64,000 nucleotides of DNA from an uncultured delta proteobacterium (GTDB taxonomy: Bacteria > Desulfobacterota > Syntrophia > Syntrophales > UBA2185). A model generated the notes under the pieces. It had not been told where the DNA came from, made no database searches, and saw only the letters and a program-made list of their open reading frames with translations. Shown here piece by piece: positions 28,859 to 39,057 of the stretch. The DNA is taken from NCBI GenBank assembly GCA_963695875.1, contig CAVOID010000004.1, positions 160,001 to 224,000 on the forward strand, written 5' to 3'. The position numbers and the translations under genes are program-made. Position 1 is the first letter of the stretch. Every line of letters begins with the position of its first letter.

Positions 28859-29287
28859 TCAGCTGATTTCCAGGAGCCTGATTTCGAAAATCAGATCCTT
28901 CCCCGCCAGTGGATGGTTGCCATCAAATGTCACACTTGTATCGGATAAATCGGTCACCTTAACCTCGATAATATAACCGTCATTTCTGCGGAATTGCAAC
29001 ACCTGGCCAATACTCGGTTGAAGATCAGCCGGGAGTTGGCCACGGTCAAAAGCCACTACCATTTCTTCAAGGTGAGGGCCATAGGCCTTATCGGAAGTGA
29101 TTCTGGAAGTTTTTGTTTCTCCTATGCTCATTCCGATGACAGCATTTTCAAAGCCCGGGATGACCTGCCCTCCGCCGATTGTAAATTCCAAAGGGTCACA
29201 ATCCAGGGAGGAATCGAAGACAGTACCGTCATCAAATGTTCCTTTGTAGTGAACCTTTACATTATTACCCATACTTGCCTGTTTCAT
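28859..29287 (-). CDS. FKBP-type peptidyl-prolyl isomerase (SlyD/SlpA-like)
   Basis: VHYKG...DSS...PLEF.IG...IPGFE...DGNHPLAGKDL. Confidence 0.93.
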   Translation of the reverse strand: MKQASMGNNVKVHYKGTFDDGTVFDSSLDCDPLEFTIGGGQVIPGFENAVIGMSIGETKTSRITSDKAYGPHLEEMVVAFDRGQLPADLQPSIGQVLQFRRNDGYIIEVKVTDLSDTSVTFDGNHPLAGKDLIFEIRLLEIS

Positions 29288-29667
29288 TCCTTACCCCTTT
29301 CTATATCTAAAGAGATGCCCTTAGTCGGATAAGAAAAAAGATCACCCCGCTGGCGGCATTCCTTACAATGGATTTCCCCTTTTTCCCCTAAAATTAATAT
29401 AGACCATCAAATATCAGGATGCCTTGATCGCAGCTTCTCCGTGGACCTTTGTGTCCCCGGAATCTTTCCACTTTTGCTGTCCGCTGAGAATGATCAGGGG
29501 AAGGGCTATATGGACCAGGTTTCCTTGGAAAAGATGTATTCAGACAGGCTGGCCAGTAATGGATTATATTTATAAGAGCGTATGCATGCTGACATTAATA
29601 ACTTGAATGGTCAAGCTATTTATTAAGGAGCTGTCACTGAATAACTGTTAAATCCATTCATCTCCTC

Positions 29668-30576
29668 TTATGGAAGTCTGCCTTCCTGCCTGAGTCTTGA
29701 CATGATCTTATTAATCTTTGGCAATGCATCCAGAGCAGCCTTTTCTCCCTCAAGGATGGCTTCATGTCTCTTGGAAAAATCGGCAGTTCCTATATATCCT
29801 ACATTAGGTTTTATTACCACATCCGCCCTGCCGACTTGCATTTGAGACATCTTAGCATTCATGATGCTTATCGATTGCAGTAATGTCTCTATCGTGCTCT
29901 TGGGGGGCGACCCATCAATATTTGAGGATATGTCAACGGCGATGACAACATCGGCGCCGTGTCTTTTCGCTGCATCAACAGCCAGGGGGCTTACAACACC
30001 TCCATCCACATACATACCGTCTGAAATCTTCACAGGTCTGAATATACCGGGTATAGAACAGCTTGCACGTACCGCCGTTCCTGTATTGCCTGTTCCAAAG
30101 ACGATCTCATCCCCGGTTTGTATGTTTGTGGCGACAGCGAAAAAGGGAAGCCGCAGTTTTTCAATGGTAGTATCCCTCAATGCCCAGTTTATATAATTTT
30201 CCAGTTTTTCCCCCTTAACGAATCCATTGTCAGGAATCGTCAGGTCTATAAGATCTTCCCTTTGAAGAGAAAAAGACATTGTTTGAAGTTGATAGGCATC
30301 GTATCCATAGGCATAAAGACTCCCTACAAAACTGCCGACACTTGTCCCGACTATCATATGAACGGGAATATTGTGGGATTCAAGGACCTTCAAGACGCCG
30401 ACATGTGCAAATCCCTTAGATGCACCCGCCCCAAGCACAAGCGCTACCTTAGCAGGTTTGGGCGGTGGGAGAAGTGCAGGTTTGGGAACACATGCCGCAA
30501 TGACCAGGATGGAAGCAATTAAACCTGTAAACAACAGACGATAGTTTGTTTGCTTGATGAGGTTTGGATAAAGCAT
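29668..30576 (-). CDS. Patatin-like phospholipase, lipoprotein
   Basis: GAGASKG, GTSVG, DGG motifs; lipobox IAAC. Confidence 0.92.
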   Translation of the reverse strand: MLYPNLIKQTNYRLLFTGLIASILVIAACVPKPALLPPPKPAKVALVLGAGASKGFAHVGVLKVLESHNIPVHMIVGTSVGSFVGSLYAYGYDAYQLQTMSFSLQREDLIDLTIPDNGFVKGEKLENYINWALRDTTIEKLRLPFFAVATNIQTGDEIVFGTGNTGTAVRASCSIPGIFRPVKISDGMYVDGGVVSPLAVDAAKRHGADVVIAVDISSNIDGSPPKSTIETLLQSISIMNAKMSQMQVGRADVVIKPNVGYIGTADFSKRHEAILEGEKAALDALPKINKIMSRLRQEGRLP

Positions 30577-30663
30577 ATTTTGCTGCCCCGGATGTTTTAT
30601 TAAATTTTTCTTTTCAGTTAAGCTACTATAGTGAAAGTAGCCTCATGTCCTGCGGGCATGGTT

Positions 30664-32355
30664 CTACTTAACCGTTAGACCAATAACGCGGTAATTGAAT
30701 TCGTAATTAAGGGCGCCGCTCCAGTCCTGTTGGAAAACATTCTTATAGCGCGTGCCATCTACAGGTCCGACTGGTTTTCCGTAGGTATAAAACCAGTTGA
30801 CAATAGGACTTCCTGTAAAACCCAGGGCGATCCAGTATGAGCCAGGCATGAGAATGGGTTTATCCCTGCCGAAGTCAAAATCCGCCCAACGGTATCCCGG
30901 TTTAAGGGAGAGCTGGTCAAGGCTGATAAAGTCGCTGGTGCTCATGGCTTGCCCCGGCTTGCCCCGATTATCCTTAAAGATGTCGATCCATAGCAAGCCA
31001 TCTCCGCCGAACTTATGTAGAGCCAGGCCAACCTTCTGAAGTATGACAGGTTTTCTAAGGACGACAACCTGGGCATACTGCGTAAGGTTGGTGGTTACAT
31101 ATTCTGCCGTCTCCACAAGAAAGTTTCGCGGCATTTCAAATTGATTTACTCCTGAGGCTTTTACCACCCGCGGGAATGCAAAATCTATATTTTCCGGAAA
31201 TTCCATGTTGCCGAAGATAAACGGTACTTCATACCGGAGTTCCTTTTTCGCCTCTTCGGTGATTGCTGGGAGAGGCGGGGGTGGAAGCACTTCGATCTGC
31301 TTAAACTCTGCCTTCACGTTCGGAGAAAGGAGGAGATTCTTGGGGCCATAGCTCTTTCTGTCTCCCTTAACGTTAACCTGGTCGCTATTAAAATTTGCAG
31401 CGATACTCTCCTGGAGTTTCGGTCTCTCGGCTTCTCTGAGCTGGACCCACTTTAAAAGTCCGTCATTTTTTGTTTCGTTGTTGTCGACACCAACCTCTAT
31501 CCGAAGGTAACGGGTTGAGACGAAAAGCATGGTATTCTGGGGATCGAAAGGTACCCAGCCGAGTTCCGGAAACCAGACCTCAATCCATGAATGACGGCCC
31601 TGACCCATTTTGAAGGTAAGGGTTCCCTTCTGCCATGCGATGTTAAAAGGCTGATTAAACGTGACACCGTTGATAATGCGCACCGGTATGCCGATAGCCC
31701 GGAGTAAGGCGGCACTCATATGGGAAAAGTTCTGGCAATTGCCCTTGCCGGATTCCAACGAATAAATGGCATCGTACCGGAGAGGAGGACTTACGTAGCG
31801 AACGTGATCCACGACCCAGGCAATGACACGCTGTACTGCATCGAACTCTGTTTTTACGCCTGCCGTAAGCTGTTTCGCCAATTCGAGTATACGGGGATTA
31901 TCGGATTGTACTTGTTCCGTCGGTCTGAGATAATCTTCTAGTTCCGGATCTACTTTTGCAGCAGGGAATGGATCCTGTGTCGTAAGTACCGGCAGCTTTG
32001 TTTCACTGAGGGCATTGCAGAAAAGACGTACATCTATGACGTCCGGAGGTTTTATCCATGTAGCAACGATGATCTGGTTGCCCCGTCCATCGGTGTTGCT
32101 TTTTCTCTCTTGAGGTTCTGGTGAAAAAGCCAGACCAAACTCTGTGATTTTTTGATAGGACGTAGGTGATTGGAAGGTCTGGGGCACCACAAAGCTGAGG
32201 ACCATCTTCTGAATGCCCCCACCTGCCGTAACCTGCTCCTGGAGCTCATAGCGGATATTAGACCCCATATCTCCTTTGACCGTGTAATTCTCAGCCAGAG
32301 ACAGGCTTGGCCATGATAAGGCAACGCAGAGCAGTACACCAAGCAGTTTTTTCAT
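30664..32355 (-). CDS. Exported transglutaminase-like protein
   Basis: Signal peptide; GNCQNF...RAIGIPVR...HSWIEV...GWVPFDP (C-H-D triad). Confidence 0.88.
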   Translation of the reverse strand: MKKLLGVLLCVALSWPSLSLAENYTVKGDMGSNIRYELQEQVTAGGGIQKMVLSFVVPQTFQSPTSYQKITEFGLAFSPEPQERKSNTDGRGNQIIVATWIKPPDVIDVRLFCNALSETKLPVLTTQDPFPAAKVDPELEDYLRPTEQVQSDNPRILELAKQLTAGVKTEFDAVQRVIAWVVDHVRYVSPPLRYDAIYSLESGKGNCQNFSHMSAALLRAIGIPVRIINGVTFNQPFNIAWQKGTLTFKMGQGRHSWIEVWFPELGWVPFDPQNTMLFVSTRYLRIEVGVDNNETKNDGLLKWVQLREAERPKLQESIAANFNSDQVNVKGDRKSYGPKNLLLSPNVKAEFKQIEVLPPPPLPAITEEAKKELRYEVPFIFGNMEFPENIDFAFPRVVKASGVNQFEMPRNFLVETAEYVTTNLTQYAQVVVLRKPVILQKVGLALHKFGGDGLLWIDIFKDNRGKPGQAMSTSDFISLDQLSLKPGYRWADFDFGRDKPILMPGSYWIALGFTGSPIVNWFYTYGKPVGPVDGTRYKNVFQQDWSGALNYEFNYRVIGLTVK

Positions 32356-32373
32356 TGTCCCTTATCTCTCAAA

Positions 32374-32964
32374 TCAAGAAATTGCAGGTTTGCAGATCAC
32401 TTCCTTCACCTTCAGGTCAAAAAAACGGGAGCTGTTCGCAGGTTGGAGAACCAGAGCAGCATCAACACCTTTAGCGGTTCCTCCTATGGATATGATATCT
32501 TCATCGGTTCTCACAAGGCCGGCATCCGCAGCCATCAAGGCCACTTCGACAGCAACTTTAACCCCCTGACCGAATATTCGCAAAGTATAGGCCATAATTT
32601 CATCAACCTGATATGTGGCAAGCTTGTTCCTTACACCACGGCCGACGCCGCCGAATGCATGCTGGCAGGTAAGGATTGTAACTCCTTGCGATTCCAGTTC
32701 CCTTCGATCTTTTTCATCCAGTTCCTGGGTATCGGGCTTTGCATAGCCTGTTACATGCGTGACAGCGATGATCTTAATATCCTTGCCGAAAACCTTCAAT
32801 GCTTCAAAAGCGGTTCGCCCGCTGCAGGTCGCAATGAGGACTTTTCCTATCGCAAGGTCCGTGGCCCTCCTGGAGACTACTTCAAGTACTGATTTCGTAT
32901 TTTTACTTCCCGGCTTTTGGAAATAGCGGCATGGTATATCGTGGTACAGAGATGGTTCGGACAT
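32374..32964 (-). CDS. Pyruvate kinase C-terminal-like domain protein
   Basis: YFQKPG.KNT...IAT.SG.TA...GQGVKVAVEVALMAADAG...GGT..G.D. Confidence 0.8.
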   Translation of the reverse strand: MSEPSLYHDIPCRYFQKPGSKNTKSVLEVVSRRATDLAIGKVLIATCSGRTAFEALKVFGKDIKIIAVTHVTGYAKPDTQELDEKDRRELESQGVTILTCQHAFGGVGRGVRNKLATYQVDEIMAYTLRIFGQGVKVAVEVALMAADAGLVRTDEDIISIGGTAKGVDAALVLQPANSSRFFDLKVKEVICKPAIS

Positions 32965-33208
32965 GATATTTGACCTCCATGATGAATAAACGATTTTTGT
33001 TTTGAGTGACGGGGAGTATTTAGAACTCCCAAGAAGGTATATAGGCAAGCATTAGCAGTGTGTCAATTAAAAGTTGAGTTTTTTATCCTGGTAAAAAGGA
33101 AGATACTTATAATTCAAAATAACATTTGACAAAATGTTTTAAGTGTATATTTTAATAACAATATTTTAATTGACTGCCGTAAGGCGGTTCATGTGAAAGG
33201 AGTTAACA

Positions 33209-33523
33209 ATGTTTCAAGCAACGGAAAAAGCAGTGGAGATGATTAAAGAGTTTCTTAAGGATAAGGGCGAGGAGCATATTATAAGGCTCATGATGAATGA
33301 AGGTGGGTGATCCGGGTCCTCTCTGGGCATGGCTCTGGATGAGTCAAGAGATGGTGATGAAATATTTAAGGAAGACGGGATCACCTTCCTGATTAACAAA
33401 GAACTGTATGAACTCGTCAAACCGATTACGGTAGATTTTATCAATACACCGCGGGGAAGCGGATTCAAGGTGTCTTCCAGCCTGGATGCCAGCAGTTCAT
33501 GCGGGAAGACATGCTGTAGTTAG
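33209..33523 (+). CDS. HesB/IscA-like selenoprotein (Sec at TGA 33308-33310)
   Basis: AAAGGAG then ATG 33209; MFQATEKA...IRL...EGG-U-SGSSLGMALDE...CGKTCCS in one frame across the TGA; SECIS-like hairpin follows. Confidence 0.88.
33319..33343 (+). promoter_or_regulatory. Bacterial SECIS-like hairpin
   Basis: CTCTCTGGGC-ATG-GCTCTGGATGAG folds into a 10-bp stem with two bulged U, starting 9 nt after the UGA. Confidence 0.6.
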
Positions 33524-33538
33524 AAGCTTAGACGGCTT

Positions 33539-34490
33539 ATGAGTGAAGAAGGGAAAATAGATTATTTTCATTACCTTGCCGATGATCTTATGAAGGTAAA
33601 GCGGTATGATGATGCTATCATTCTATATGAGAAATTGGTTGATATGCATCCGGGTGAAGACTCCTTTCTTCTCTCATTGGCATGGGCCTACCATGACAGC
33701 GGAAGACTGGATGACTGCTATTGATTGTTTTGAACGCCTCCTCAGCATTGAACTGAAACGGGAAGTTTTTACAGGGTTTGCATTTGATGAGCTTGTCCGG
33801 ATTTTCAGGGAAAATGGAGAATATGGCCGTCTTGTCGATATCTGCGAAAAAGTTGTCGCCGTACAGCCTGGTGATATGGCACTCCTTAGTGATCTCGGTG
33901 ATGCATATCTGAAGGCAGGAAGGGCGAGTGAGGCTGTTGGGGTATTTGAAAAAATTGCTGATATGGAACCGGATGCATCAGCAACTTACTGCAATCTTGG
34001 GAATGCACTCGTCGCGACAGGTGACTTCGATGGTGCTGAAGAGGCGTACCGAAAAGCCGTTGAGATTGATCCGTCGGATGCTGGCTCCTTTTACAACAAG
34101 CTGGCTAACGTATATTCCAATGCAGGACATGATGAAAAGGCAGAAATGACTTTCAGAAGATGTCTCGAATTCCGGTTTGATGAGCCTATGTACCATTGCG
34201 GCCTTGGTGATGTCCTGGTGAGACTGGGAAAGATTGAAGATGCCGAGAGTGCATATGAAAAGGCTGTTGATCTTAATCGTGCTTCATCAGGCGCTTATTA
34301 CAACAGGTTTGGAAACACCCTCGCCAGAGATAATTACCACCTTCAGGCAATAGAGGCTTTCAAAAAAGCCATTACTGCGGATCCTGAAAACCCCTTCTAT
34401 TATATCCATCTTGCAGAGTCATATAACACAAGCGGCTTTCCCGATATGGCAGAAAAGACCTACCTTAAAGCCAAATCTCTTAAAAGATAA
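33539..34490 (+). CDS. Tetratricopeptide repeat protein (frameshift near 33715)
   Basis: Successive TPR units; ORFs 33539-33724 and 33606-34490 join at GRLDD/AIDCFE. Confidence 0.85.
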
Positions 34491-34491
34491 A

Positions 34492-35007
34492 TCAGCCCCG
34501 CCCCTTCTTTTTCAGAATTTCTTTATAGACATGGTAAAATGCATCATTCTCGTTAATACCACTCTTGATAATCTGGCCCGCGTCATTGATATTTTTCGTG
34601 TTGATTATTAGATTGGCACTCTGATTATAAGCGGCCATGTTATCCATAGTACGAAATCTGCTGCTTATCACGGTTACAAAAATCTCCCTGCGCGTACTCA
34701 TGTTGAGATTGGCCAGGTATTGAAGCACCTCATTGGTGGCGGGATTGTCGGTGTCGAAATTTTCATTTACAATGACAACATCGTAAACGTGATATCGCAT
34801 ATTTTTTAGGGCGTCTTTTGTCGATGCGGGCTCGGTAATCTGGTACCCCAGGTTTTTCATCGCAGCAGTAAGCTTTTTTTTAAGAGAAGCATCAGATTCG
34901 CAGATCAAAGCTGTTCCGACATCTTCTCCCACAAAATCAAACGGTCTGTCTGACGCATCGTATGTGTCTGATGACACTTCCTTCGTAAGGGTTTTCTTTT
35001 CTTCCAT
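34492..35007 (-). CDS. Receiver-like protein associated with pilT
   Basis: ALICE...GYQI...YDVVIV receiver-like pattern; downstream of the pilT pair. Confidence 0.55.
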   Translation of the reverse strand: MEEKKTLTKEVSSDTYDASDRPFDFVGEDVGTALICESDASLKKKLTAAMKNLGYQITEPASTKDALKNMRYHVYDVVIVNENFDTDNPATNEVLQYLANLNMSTRREIFVTVISSRFRTMDNMAAYNQSANLIINTKNINDAGQIIKSGINENDAFYHVYKEILKKKGRG

Positions 35008-35028
35008 GACGTTCTCCTCCTACCCTAT

Positions 35029-36210
35029 TTACATCGATCTTTTGGGTTTACCGTAACCCTTGTCGACTTCAAGCTTTCCCAAGAGATCTGTCGTGGCATG
35101 TCCTCTTTCACTCTTTACAGAATCGATGCCGCGTCCTACTATTCCCCTGTTGGATGCATATGCCTTGGCGGTGTCTTCGCTAATGAGCCCCTGTCTGTAC
35201 AAATCGACAATGTAATCGTCGAATGTAATCATGCCAAAGGCCCTACTTGCCTGGATGATCTCATAAAAGGTTTTTCCTTCTGATTCACCGTGCAGTATGG
35301 CATCTTTTACCCGGATGTTTGAGCCCATTATTTCGAAGGCTGCAATCCGTCGTCCTCCACCCTCTCTGGGGAGAAGCCTCTGGCATACGATCCACCGTAC
35401 CGTGTCGGCAAGGCGCATACGAATTTGGGTTTCTTCTTCTTTCGTAAACATACCCAGAATTCGATTGATCGTGTGGCCGGCATCTATCGTATGCAGTGTA
35501 CTCAGAACAAGGTGACCTGTTTCTGCGGCGCTTAGGGCGATCTCTATGGTTTCCCTGTCCCTCATTTCACCGACGAGGATTACCTGGGGCGCCTGCCGGA
35601 GAGATGCACGAAGACCGTTGGAAAAGGTATCAAAATCTTTGCCCAATTCTCGCTGGTTGAAGGTTGACATCTTGTGAGAATGGGAAAATTCCACCGGGTC
35701 TTCAAGGGTAACGATATGAACGGATTTTTGTTCGTTAATCTCATTCAGTACCGCCGCCAGCGATGTTGATTTACCAGTGCCTGTTGCGCCGGTGACGAGG
35801 ATAATCCCGTTCTTCTCCTGGCTCATTTTGGAAAAAGCCTCGGGTAAGTCTAATTCCTTGCATGTGGGAATATTGGATTCAAGTCTCCTGAGAACGATGG
35901 AGTAGGTATCCCGCTGTGAAAATATGTTCACTCTGAAACGGGCCTTCCCTGGCACCTCGTAAGAAGAATCACATGATCCCTCGTATAGCAGCATCTCCGT
36001 CAGACGACGGTCCTGATTAATCAGATTCAGGGCAAATATTTCCGTCTGAAAAGGGGTTAACCTTTTGAAAAGCGGGTCAAACTCAACGGCCTTTAGTACC
36101 CCTGAACTCACTATCTGGAATGGTTTGTTAACGGTAATGTTCAGGTCAGAAATATCTTTGTGAGAATCCAGCAGCCTGTTTAATATATAATCGATTTCCT
36201 GTTTTCTCAT
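35029..36210 (-). CDS. PilT/PilU-family twitching motility ATPase
   Basis: GATGTGKST, LEDPVE, LRQAP.VILVGEMRD, TGHLVLSTLHT. Confidence 0.92.
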   Translation of the reverse strand: MRKQEIDYILNRLLDSHKDISDLNITVNKPFQIVSSGVLKAVEFDPLFKRLTPFQTEIFALNLINQDRRLTEMLLYEGSCDSSYEVPGKARFRVNIFSQRDTYSIVLRRLESNIPTCKELDLPEAFSKMSQEKNGIILVTGATGTGKSTSLAAVLNEINEQKSVHIVTLEDPVEFSHSHKMSTFNQRELGKDFDTFSNGLRASLRQAPQVILVGEMRDRETIEIALSAAETGHLVLSTLHTIDAGHTINRILGMFTKEEETQIRMRLADTVRWIVCQRLLPREGGGRRIAAFEIMGSNIRVKDAILHGESEGKTFYEIIQASRAFGMITFDDYIVDLYRQGLISEDTAKAYASNRGIVGRGIDSVKSERGHATTDLLGKLEVDKGYGKPKRSM

Positions 36211-36272
36211 ACTGTATTCCTCAACATCAATGGTTCTTAAGCACCCCGCGGAAAGTATTACCGCGAGCTATC

Positions 36273-37356
36273 TTACGCCTCTGTAAAATCAGTCGGCGGT
36301 GATTTTCAATAGTGGTCTGAATCTCGTCTTATCGTTGGCTTTCATATATGCATCCTCGACGCCGATCCATCCCCTGTTGCAAAGCTCCAGAATGGCATCA
36401 TCCAGCAATTGCATACCGTATTTCTTTCCTGTCTGAATCATGGAAGGGATCTGGAAGGTTTTGGATTCCCGGATGAGGTTTCGAACCGCTGAATTGGCAA
36501 TCATGATCTCCAGGGCTGCGCAGCGTCCCTTCCTGTCAATCCGCTTGAAAAGAACCTGGGAAATGACTGCCCGGATGCCGTCCGCCAGGGTGGATCGGAT
36601 CTGCATCTGCTCCTCGGCGGGGAACACCTCGATGATCCGGTCAACAGTTCTGGCGGCACTTGCGGTGTGCAGTGTGGCAAAAACCAGGTGACCCGTGTTT
36701 GCCGCTTCAACGGCGAGCGATATGGTTTCCAGATCCCGCATTTCACCGACGAGAATGATATCCGGATCCTCACGAAGGGCTCCTCGAAGCGCCGCGGAAA
36801 AGGTCTTGGTATGGAGACCGACTTCCCTGTGATTCACAATACAGCCCTGGCTTTGGTGAACAAATTCGATTGGGTCTTCGATCGTGATGATATGATCTTT
36901 TCGGCTGCGATTTGCCTCATCAATGATGGCGGCAAGTGTCGTCGATTTTCCACTTCCGGTCGGGCCGGTAACCAGCACCAGCCCCCTCGGTAGGGTGGCC
37001 AGCTTGGAAAGAACGGGAGGAAGCCCTAACTCCTGGACAGTCAGTATTTTGCTCGGGATTTCCCTGAAGACTGCTGCAACACCGTATTTTTGCTGAAAGA
37101 AATTTGCCCTGTACCTGGCAAGATTCGGTATTTCATAGGCAAAATCCACGTCTCCTGTTTCTTCGAATTGTTTGATCTTGTGCTCAGGTGCTATTTCATA
37201 CAGCATGGCCTTGAGTTCGTCATTATCCAGTACGTTGTACTTTATCCGCTCCATCTCTCCCCGTATCCTGAGGGCCGGTTGTTGACCGGACACGAGGTGG
37301 AGGTCTGATGCACCCTGTTCATGCATCAGTTGAAAAAAGGCGTCAATTTTTGCCAT
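36273..37356 (-). CDS. pilT: Type IV pilus retraction ATPase PilT (probable extra A near the 3' end)
   Basis: GPTGSGKST, EDPIE, ALREDPD, AVRNLIRE; removing one A gives the ending LKSPPTDFTEA*. Confidence 0.92.
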
Positions 37357-37597
37357 AAAAGGCCTCCTTGGGAATTTAAGGTCTGTTAAGTACATTATTG
37401 ATCTTCTCATGATCGGGATTAAGATTTAATGGATGTTTCGGCAGAAATGGACTTTAACTTTACTAAATTTTTCGGTTTTCCATCCAGTGCGAGAAGTATA
37501 GGGGAAGGGCGGTTGGTTGTCAAGATGAAAAGCCCTTAATTCATTAAGACTTGGCTTTTTCCAAGGCAAAGCGGCAGCAAAAGACCGTAGTCGAATT

Positions 37598-37629
37598 GAC
37601 CCTGAGCGAGTGAAACGAGTCGAAGGGTC
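37598..37629. repeat. REP-like short palindromic element
   Basis: GACCC-TGAGCGAGTGAAACGAGTCGAA-GGGTC. Confidence 0.5.
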
Positions 37630-37700
37630 TCACATCTAATTTCCTGTGGCGTGTAGTGTAAAGTTGATGCAAGGCTTGCACTGAGGCATTTAACTATCGC

Positions 37701-37730
37701 TTGACATGTATAATCGGGATCATATATGAT
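37701..37730 (+). promoter_or_regulatory. Putative sigma70 promoter of tRNA-Ala
   Basis: TTGACA-18 nt-TATGAT. Confidence 0.5.
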
Positions 37731-37779
37731 TTTTACAAGTGCTTTTTGTACTTCCGGTAAGCCAGACTTGAAAAAGAGT

Positions 37780-37855
37780 GGGGATGTAGCTCAACTGGGA
37801 GAGCGCGGCGTTCGCAATGCCGAGGTCAGGGGTTCGATCCCCCTCATCTCCACCA
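37780..37855 (+). tRNA. tRNA-Ala (CGC)
   Basis: Acceptor GGGGATG/CATCTCC with G3:U70, anticodon loop TT-CGC-AA, TTCGAT T-loop, CCA. Confidence 0.96.
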
Positions 37856-37911
37856 GGGATGAAAAGATGGGTTGCTTTTTGTCAGTCGTACAAAAAGCAG
37901 CCTGTTTCTTG

Positions 37912-38927
37912 ATCAAAACATCTTCGCAAACTGCCGCTTCTTTCTCTTTTTCCAGTTACCCTTGTGATAGGCGTAACTTGCCAAGCAACGGCAGTACAGA
38001 AGTAGCTTCGGCAAAGACCATCTGCTCACAGGCCATATCCACCTTTCCCCACGATGTCGCTTCTTTCAGAGTAGAGCTGGAACAGGCCCCGTCCCGCACG
38101 TCTGCCACGGTGATCTGCACGGCATATTTGTGCATGGGACTATCAAATCCCATGATCTCGGCGCAGATTACCGTATCCTGGGCGAAGTTTTTGGGTACGC
38201 CCCCTCCGATAATGAGAAGTCCTGACGTTTCCGCCTTTATCTTGATCATCGTCAATTCGCGAAAATCCTTTACCGAATCAATGGATACATGCTTTTCCGG
38301 ACACTTGTGCTGGTGGAGGACGAGACCAAATCCGGCGCTGCTGTCGGAAAAAGCCGGGCAAAAGATCGGGACGTTATTTTCATAGGCGACCTGAACGAGG
38401 GAATCCTTCTTGGTGGCATATCTTGTTAGATATCGTCCCATTTCATGGATAAATTCCCGTGATGAGTATGGTCCCGGCGGCAGGGAGTCGGCTATCTCAG
38501 TGATTGTTTTGTCACAGGCCTGAAGCTCTTCCTCGTCGATGAATGTATCGTATATCCTGTCAATATAGAGTTTTCTGAGAGTCCGATCATCAACATGCGA
38601 TGTACCCTGGTAGTGCTTGAACCCCAGGGCCTCAAAAAAATCCATGTCTACAATCGTGGCGCCTGTGGCGACAACCACATCCACCATGTTATGTTTTACA
38701 AGATCAGTATATATCTGCATGCAACCGGCGGCACTTGTGCTTCCCGCTATGGTGAGGATGATGGCGCAATCTTTATCTCTCAGCATCCTGTCGTAAATAT
38801 CGGCGGCCTGGGCCAAGTCTCTTGCCGAAAAGGACATCCTCCGCATGGCATCGATGATATCCACTGTGTTGAATAATTTTATATCGATGTGTTCAACTGG
38901 TGTCTTCAGGTAATCCTGCTTTTTCAT
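37912..38927 (-). CDS. Deoxyhypusine synthase-like protein (3'-end frameshifts; end approximate)
   Basis: GAGGAG then ATG 38927; DRIYD, CPAFSDSSAG, GGGVPKNF, GACSSSTLKEATSWGK; corrected tail reads LASYAYHKGNWK. Confidence 0.9.
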
Positions 38928-39057
38928 AAGCTCCTCTGTGAACTTTTTGATCCTCGGATTATTAAACCATGCTCCAACAAATGTCAATTGAGACTTTGAA
39001 GAAGGTGATTAAAATCCATCTTGTCATCGGGTCTAATATCTGGTAGTTGCACACCAT

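Noticed and set aside
37726..38385. 219-aa plus-strand ORF
   Set aside because: It overlaps tRNA-Ala and lies antisense to the DHS gene; spurious
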